Of a stretch of 32,000 bases of DNA, positions 26,511 through 32,000 are shown piece by piece (within the stretch, counting starts at the first letter, position 1; each line of letters begins with the position of its first letter). The notes beneath the pieces are model-generated. The model saw only the letters and a list, made by a program, of their open reading frames with translations, did no database searches and had not been told where the DNA came from. This DNA comes from Synechococcus sp. A15-28 (GTDB lineage: Bacteria > Cyanobacteriota > Cyanobacteriia > PCC-6307 > Cyanobiaceae), in assembly GCF_014280175.1 (NCBI RefSeq), contig NZ_CP047931.1, positions 810,001 to 842,000 of the forward strand. Reading direction: 5' to 3'. The translations under genes were made by a program, and so were the position numbers.

Positions 26511-28664
26511 TTGAAGGGAGCGCGTGGTCTTACCATGCCGGGGTCGCCAATCGGCCCGACTGTCATGGCCATGCAGGCCTCCATCGGCCAGGTGATGCAT
26601 CACCCCCTCGGCGTGTTTTCGCTGCTGGTGGCGATCAGTGCGGCAGTGCCTCCTCTCATCCGCCGGGTCGGCTTGCCTGATCTGGTGGGGCTGCTGGTTG
26701 CCGGCGTTGTCGTGGGACCGCACGCCCTCAACTGGGTGGACAGCGGCAGTGAAACCGTGCGGCTGCTCTCCGATCTGGGGGCGGTGTACCTGCTGTTCAC
26801 CATGGGGTTGGAAATCGATCTGGAGGAGTTCAACCGGGTCAAACGTCGCTCCTTCATCTACGGCCTGCTGATCCTGCTGATCGGTGTGGGCACCGGCGTC
26901 AGCATCGGATTGCTGGCTGGGTTCGCCTCGGTGTCATGTCTGCTGTTGGGGGCCCTGATGGCCACCCACACACCGCTGGGCTATCCGATCGTGCGCAGTT
27001 ACGGCGCCCAGAAGGATGAGTCGGTGGTGGTCAGCGTCGGCAGCACAATCTTCACCGACATCGTGGCGCTGCTGCTGCTGGCGGTGGGCCTGGGCCTCGG
27101 ACAGGGGGACCTCAGCGGGGTGGGCATGGGCCTGCTGTTGTTGCGGATTGGCCTGTTCGCCGTGCTGGTGGTGGCTGGCATCCGCTGGTTGGGGCGTCGA
27201 CTGGTGCTGCGGGGCATCAATGACGAAAACCGCATGGTGCTGGCGGTGCTGGTGGCGCTGTTTCTGGCGTCCCTGGGGGCCGAGCTGGCTGGAGTGGAAA
27301 AAATCGTCGGTGCCTTTCTGGCCGGCCTGGCGGTGAATTCGGTGCTGCCGGAGGGGCGGGTGAAGGAGCAGGTGATCTTTGTTGGTGGTGTGCTGTTCAT
27401 CCCGATCTTCTTCATCGATCTGGGCCTGCTTCTCGATGTGGGCAGCCTTGGGGCCAGCCTCAGCAATTTCCAGTTCACCGGTCTGATGCTGGTGGGGGCC
27501 ATTGGCGGCAAAGGTCTGGCGTCGTGGATCAGTGGTGCGCTGTTCGGCTACCGCCGCCCGCAGATTCTGATGATGTGGTCGTTGACCATGCCCAAGGTGG
27601 CGGCAACTCTGGCCACCGCCTTCATCGGCTTCCAGGCGGGGCTGCTCAACCAGACGGTGCTCAACGCTGTGCTGGCGGTGATGGTGGTGACGGCCACCCT
27701 GGGTCCGATCCTGACGGAGCGTTCCGTCACCCGTCTGAACGAGACGCGGCAGGGCACGCTCCCCGCCAGCTTCGGGGAGGAGGTCTCACCCCTGGAGGGG
27801 GTCAGCGAGGTGGTGCAGCGACCCCTGCGGATCGTGGTGCCGGTGGCCAACCCCAGCAACGAAAGGGGGTTGATCAACATGGCTTCGCGGTTGCTGCGCG
27901 GTTCTGCCGGTGGCGATGGTTTGTTGCTTCCCCTGGCGATGGTGAACCCAAGCCTGGAGGAGGTGCGCGGTGGTCTGAACCGTGCGGTGGCGGCGGCGCG
28001 CTCCCGGCTCAGGACGGCCGAGTCGATCGGAGCCGACCTGCAGGTGCCCACCCGCACCCTGTTGCGCCTGGATGAGGACGTGGCCGGTGGAATGAGCCGA
28101 ACAGCGCTGGAGCAGGCAGCGGATCTGCTCCTGATCGGTGCCGGCCGCCAGGACCAGCTGCGGGCCTGGTTGATGGGCGACATCGTGGACGGCGTCTGCC
28201 GGACGGCCCATTGCCCTGTGGTGGTGGTGAATCTTGGCCTTACGCCCGAGGCGGCGATGAACCGGATCCTGGTGCCGATCAAGGATCTCTCCGCCAGTGC
28301 CCGTGAACAGGTGGAACTGGCGCTGCGGGTGATCAACAGTGCCCCGGCGGAACAACGCACCCGGATCACACTGCTGCATGTGCACGATCCCCGCTTCAGC
28401 GGATCGGATCGGCAGTGGATGGAGGAGCAGCTGATCCGCTGGCGGCCGGCCGGGATCTCCGCGGATCGGTTCCACATCGTGATCGTGCGGGGACCCGGCA
28501 TCGATGGCTCCATCCATCGCCTCAGCCGCGATCACGATCTGGTGATCCTGCGCACCCAACGGCGTCGCGTGGCGGGCCTGCCGATACCCGGCAGTGATCG
28601 CACCAGCAAGCTGATCAGTCAGCTGCCCTGCGCGTCGATGGTGATCAGCGACCCGTTGGTCTGA
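26511..28664 (+). CDS. monovalent cation:proton antiporter (CPA2/KefB-like) with C-terminal USP-like region(s)
   Basis: Multiple TM helices (LGAVYLLFTMGLEIDLEEFNRVKR), GVTATL-type region, then LRIVVPVANPSNERGL..VCRTAHCPVVVVNL and NRILVPIKDLSASAREQVELALRVI..PCASMVISDP. Start uncertain. Confidence 0.88.
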   Translation: MKGARGLTMPGSPIGPTVMAMQASIGQVMHHPLGVFSLLVAISAAVPPLIRRVGLPDLVGLLVAGVVVGPHALNWVDSGSETVRLLSDLGAVYLLFTMGLEIDLEEFNRVKRRSFIYGLLILLIGVGTGVSIGLLAGFASVSCLLLGALMATHTPLGYPIVRSYGAQKDESVVVSVGSTIFTDIVALLLLAVGLGLGQGDLSGVGMGLLLLRIGLFAVLVVAGIRWLGRRLVLRGINDENRMVLAVLVALFLASLGAELAGVEKIVGAFLAGLAVNSVLPEGRVKEQVIFVGGVLFIPIFFIDLGLLLDVGSLGASLSNFQFTGLMLVGAIGGKGLASWISGALFGYRRPQILMMWSLTMPKVAATLATAFIGFQAGLLNQTVLNAVLAVMVVTATLGPILTERSVTRLNETRQGTLPASFGEEVSPLEGVSEVVQRPLRIVVPVANPSNERGLINMASRLLRGSAGGDGLLLPLAMVNPSLEEVRGGLNRAVAAARSRLRTAESIGADLQVPTRTLLRLDEDVAGGMSRTALEQAADLLLIGAGRQDQLRAWLMGDIVDGVCRTAHCPVVVVNLGLTPEAAMNRILVPIKDLSASAREQVELALRVINSAPAEQRTRITLLHVHDPRFSGSDRQWMEEQLIRWRPAGISADRFHIVIVRGPGIDGSIHRLSRDHDLVILRTQRRRVAGLPIPGSDRTSKLISQLPCASMVISDPLV

Positions 28665-28701
28665 CGTTAAGGCAACCTCAAGGGCCGATTATCGTGACGT
28701 C

Positions 28702-29508
28702 ATGGTCTCGCTTCTCACCAATTTGAGACAACGCCCGCTGTGGCAGGTGTGCGGGTTGGGGCTGGCGGCTGGATTGGTGATCTCGGTGCCGTTGGCCCGG
28801 CGCCATCCCCTGGCCGGTTGGTGGGGGCTTGGGATTGGCGAGGTGGTGGTGCTGGGTCAGGACGCTGGGGGCAGCAACACCGACACGATCTTCACGCTGA
28901 GGGTGCAGCCCGGAAGCACGCGCATCACGCAGATCCCACGGGATAGCTACATCAACCCAGATGGCTTCGGGGCGATGAAGATCAATGGATTGCTGAGGCG
29001 CGGTGGTCCTGAAGCCGTGGAGCGGGAGTTGACGCGGCTGATGAATCGGCCGGTGCGGCATCACGTTGTGGTGTCGCTTCAGACCCTGCCCTTACTGGCC
29101 AATCTGGTGGGCGGCATCGAAGTGGATGTGCCCAAACGCCTTTATTACGTGGATCGAACCCAGGATCTGGTGATTGATCTGCAGCCTGGGCGTCAGGTTT
29201 TAAGCGGCAAGGCCTTGGAAGGATTTCTGCGTTGGCGTAACGACGGACGCGGAGATTTCGGCCGTCTGGAACGGCAGCAAATGGCTCTGAAAGGTTTGGT
29301 GAATCGCCTGAGGCAGCCACAGAATCTGTTGAAACTGCCGGTGTTGCTTGGGGTCGTGCGCAGCCAGGTGAAGACCGACCTCAACCCCATTCAGATGGCG
29401 GGCCTGGCTGCAGGGGTGATCAGCACCGACCTCGACACAAAGCGATTGAAAGCGGTGCCGTTCAGTTCTGGTGGGATCAGTTATCTCGAAACCGAATGGC
29501 CGAATTGA
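28702..29508 (+). CDS. LytR-CpsA-Psr (LCP) family protein
   Basis: 268 aa; N-terminal TM, NTDTIFTLRVQPGSTRITQIPRDSYI, GMKINGLL-like AMKINGLLRRGG, FLRWRNDGRGDFGRLERQQ. Confidence 0.88.
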   Translation: MVSLLTNLRQRPLWQVCGLGLAAGLVISVPLARRHPLAGWWGLGIGEVVVLGQDAGGSNTDTIFTLRVQPGSTRITQIPRDSYINPDGFGAMKINGLLRRGGPEAVERELTRLMNRPVRHHVVVSLQTLPLLANLVGGIEVDVPKRLYYVDRTQDLVIDLQPGRQVLSGKALEGFLRWRNDGRGDFGRLERQQMALKGLVNRLRQPQNLLKLPVLLGVVRSQVKTDLNPIQMAGLAAGVISTDLDTKRLKAVPFSSGGISYLETEWPN

Positions 29509-30108
29509 TCAGATCAGCAGATTCAGCGAGTGCACCACGCGCCCGCAGAGCTCATCCACCTTGTCCCAGCGGTCTTCGTTGACGCTGGTGGCCAGGGTGT
29601 AGAGGCGGCCACGGTCCACCACCACGGTCGCCAGTTCGTGGCGGTCGCGGTCCTCCAGGTGCACGGCGTACTCCAGGTCGTAGAAGGTGTGGCCATTCAC
29701 CTCGCGCTCCTGCGCTTCAACAAGTTCGGCGGTGCGGCCGCTGCCGGCGGTGGCGATCACTTCACGGCGCAGTCGCTCTCCAACGGCGACAGCGCTGCCC
29801 AGTTCGCTGAGTTCGTTGCTTTCGTCCACCTTGTTGATCATCAGGCTGACGGTTTCGTCGCTGTGGATCAGGTCGTGGAACACCACCCGGGGGCCATTGC
29901 TCACCTGCACCTGGGTCCAACCGGTGGGATAGAGGAAGGCAAAGCGTCCATCAGGGCTCTGATACGACTGCAGCCCAGCGGTCGGCCCTGCGGCGCAGGC
30001 CCCCAGCACAAGCATCAGCACGCTGCACAGCAGGAGGCGGGAGAGGGGGCGGAGCAGCTGCATCAGAGCCGGAGCAGATCGGTTCATTCTGCCTAGAGTC
30101 CGATCCAT
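29509..30108 (-). CDS. PsbP family (CyanoP-like) lipoprotein
   Basis: Lipobox LVLGAC; [72 protein letters not shown]. Start may be the second Met ([10 protein letters not shown]). Confidence 0.88.
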   Translation of the reverse strand: MDRTLGRMNRSAPALMQLLRPLSRLLLCSVLMLVLGACAAGPTAGLQSYQSPDGRFAFLYPTGWTQVQVSNGPRVVFHDLIHSDETVSLMINKVDESNELSELGSAVAVGERLRREVIATAGSGRTAELVEAQEREVNGHTFYDLEYAVHLEDRDRHELATVVVDRGRLYTLATSVNEDRWDKVDELCGRVVHSLNLLI

Positions 30109-30142
30109 CGGCGGCAGACCTCTGAGCGGCTTTACCAGACCG

Positions 30143-30721
30143 TTGGCCCGGCTGATCGATCAGTTCGAGCGTCTGCCCGGCATCGGCCCCCGCACGGCCC
30201 AGCGTCTCGCCCTGCACCTGCTCAACCAACCAGAAGAGCAGATCCGCCAGTTCGCCGATGCCCTGCTGGCGGCCCGCACCCAGGTGGGGCAGTGTCAGAC
30301 CTGCTTTCATCTCTCCGCCGATCCGGAATGCGAGATCTGCCGCAACACGGAGCGCCGCAACGGCCTGATCTGTGTGGTGGCCGATTCCCGCGACCTGCTG
30401 GCCCTGGAGCGCACCCGTGAATTTCAAGGCCGCTATCACGTGCTGGGTGGCCTGATCTCGCCAATGGATGGCGTCGGCCCGGAGTTGCTCAACGTGACCC
30501 CACTGGTGGCGAGGATCAATCGCGAGGAGATCACAGAGGTGATCCTGGCGTTGACCCCCAGCGTGGAGGGGGACACCACCAGCATCTATCTGGCGCGCTT
30601 GCTCAAACCGTTCTGTTCCGTCAGCCGCATCGCCTACGGCCTACCGATGGGCAGTGAGTTGGAGTACGCCGATGAGGTCACCCTCAGCCGGGCCCTGGAA
30701 GGTCGTCGGCCGGTGGACTGA
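30143..30721 (+). CDS. recR: recombination protein RecR
   Basis: 192 aa; [21 protein letters not shown], zinc finger [50 protein letters not shown] or an upstream alternative start. Confidence 0.95.
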   Translation: MARLIDQFERLPGIGPRTAQRLALHLLNQPEEQIRQFADALLAARTQVGQCQTCFHLSADPECEICRNTERRNGLICVVADSRDLLALERTREFQGRYHVLGGLISPMDGVGPELLNVTPLVARINREEITEVILALTPSVEGDTTSIYLARLLKPFCSVSRIAYGLPMGSELEYADEVTLSRALEGRRPVD

Positions 30722-30821
30722 ATTCACTGTTGCAACGCACACAACTTTCTGAAGAAAGTGGGGTGTTCCAGGCGACCGCGTCAGGGTTCCGTGATGATTT
30801 CCTTGCCGGTGACATCGCTTC

Positions 30822-30839
30822 GGGAGGGTGCACCCTCCC
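30822..30839 (+). promoter_or_regulatory. perfect inverted repeat in the lipA 5' leader
   Basis: GGGAGGGTGCACCCTCCC, 18-bp perfect palindrome 61 nt upstream of the lipA ATG; function unknown. Confidence 0.4.
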
Positions 30840-30900
30840 TGGTTGCCGGCACCCCCCGCTGACAGTCCTCCCGCCAGAATCGGGGGGAAGAGGACGTGGA

Positions 30901-31800
30901 ATGAGCAAATACAGCAGCATGGCCCCGACGGAGCGACTGCCGGAATGGCTGCGGCGACCGATCGGAGATGCATCGGCTCTGGAACGGGTGCAGGGATTGG
31001 TCAAGCAGAACCGCCTGCACACCATCTGCGAGGAAGGGCGCTGCCCCAATCGCGGTGAGTGTTATGCCGCCGGGACGGCCACATTCCTGTTGGGTGGTTC
31101 GATCTGTACCCGCAGCTGTGCCTTCTGCCAGGTGGAGAAAGGCCAGGCGCCGATGGCTGTTGACCCTGCCGAGGCGCAGCGGGTGGCTGATGCGGTGGAG
31201 GCGATGCAGCTGAGATACGTGGTGCTGACGGCCGTTGCCCGCGATGACCTGGCCGATCACGGTGCCACCTTGTTCACCACAACGATGGCGGCGATCCGCG
31301 CCCGCAATCCTTTGATTGCCATCGAGGTGCTGACGCCGGATTTCTGGGGTGGGGTCCCCGATCGCAATCAGGCCATGGCGGCGCAACGAGAGCGGTTAGC
31401 CACGGTGCTGGCGGCGGAACCGGTTTGTTTCAACCACAACCTGGAAACGGTCCAACGCCTGCAGGGCGAGGTTCGGCGTGGTGCCACCTATGAGCGTTCC
31501 CTGGGGCTGTTGGCGGCCTCCCGGGAGCTAGCACCTCACATTCCCACCAAATCAGGGCTGATGCTGGGGCTGGGTGAGAGCCGTGATGAGGTGATCGCCG
31601 CGATGCGGGACCTAAGGGCTGTGGATTGTCAGCGCCTCACCCTGGGTCAGTACCTGCGTCCGTCCTTGGCGCACATTCCCGTGGACCGCTACTGGACGCC
31701 GCAGGAGTTTGACGAACTTGGGGCCGTGGCCCATGAGCTCGGTTTTGCCCAGGTGCGCAGTGGCCCGCTGGTGCGCAGCAGCTATCACGCTGCCGATTGA
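30901..31800 (+). CDS. lipA: lipoyl synthase LipA
   Basis: 299 aa from ATG 30901; [39 protein letters not shown] contains both cysteine clusters; [25 protein letters not shown]. Confidence 0.96.
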   Translation: MSKYSSMAPTERLPEWLRRPIGDASALERVQGLVKQNRLHTICEEGRCPNRGECYAAGTATFLLGGSICTRSCAFCQVEKGQAPMAVDPAEAQRVADAVEAMQLRYVVLTAVARDDLADHGATLFTTTMAAIRARNPLIAIEVLTPDFWGGVPDRNQAMAAQRERLATVLAAEPVCFNHNLETVQRLQGEVRRGATYERSLGLLAASRELAPHIPTKSGLMLGLGESRDEVIAAMRDLRAVDCQRLTLGQYLRPSLAHIPVDRYWTPQEFDELGAVAHELGFAQVRSGPLVRSSYHAAD

Positions 31801-32000
31801 TACCAGCCCCGCAGGCTGCGCTCCAGCACCTGCTCCACCGAACCGCTCATCAGCGCACCGGCGCCCCCCCACACCATCCGCAACGGCAGATCCCAAAGGG
31901 CGGCTGCCACATCCCGCTCCTGCTGAAACCCGCGCTGGCGGAAGTACCGCACCAGCCGGCGGTGCTGACGATCGTCATCGCGGATCGCCAGCAGCCAGGC
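31785..32000 (-). CDS. partial hypothetical protein (C-terminus)
   Basis: Minus-strand open frame to the window edge ending ..[71 protein letters not shown]; 16-bp tail overlap with lipA. Confidence 0.65.
   Translation of the reverse strand, partial: AWLLAIRDDDRQHRRLVRYFRQRGFQQERDVAAALWDLPLRMVWGGAGALMSGSVEQVLERSLRGWYQSAA

Noticed and set aside
1-32000. CRISPR, toxin-antitoxin, restriction-modification or other defence systems beyond RecBCD
   Set aside because: No repeat-spacer array, cas, methyltransferase or toxin/antitoxin signatures seen by eye. RecBCD is a known repair and antiphage nuclease and not new.

Overview
This 32 kb window reads as ordinary chromosomal core sequence from a marine picocyanobacterium, most likely Synechococcus. 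That placement is inferred from PsbY-like, Ycf54, CrtISO/CrtH-like and CyanoP-like proteins alongside a RecBCD locus. I see no prophage, transposase, integrase, CRISPR array, rRNA or obvious genomic island. Main content: two minus-strand tRNAs (Pro-TGG, Lys-TTT), an FAD/NAD-binding oxidoreductase, a gamma-carbonic-anhydrase-like protein, a PsbY-like protein, TrmFO, a carotenoid isomerase-like protein, an OmpR-family regulator whose receiver appears to lack the phosphoacceptor Asp, a Grx4/BolA pair, a PlsC-like acyltransferase, PdxJ, Ycf54, a metallophosphoesterase, RecC, RecB and RecD, a mannose-6-phosphate-isomerase-like cupin, a DEAD-box RNA helicase, an RRM protein, an ABC exporter, a KefB-like antiporter, an LCP protein, a PsbP-like lipoprotein, RecR and LipA. 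I found no convincing new large system. The best leads are small: a structured intergenic region between two tandem minus-strand terminators, two ~30-aa hydrophobic ORFs, the degenerate receiver, the split recC / recB-recD-cupin layout, and a hairpin-rich lipA leader. Coordinates come from the supplied ORF track or hand counting; starts marked uncertain need checking.
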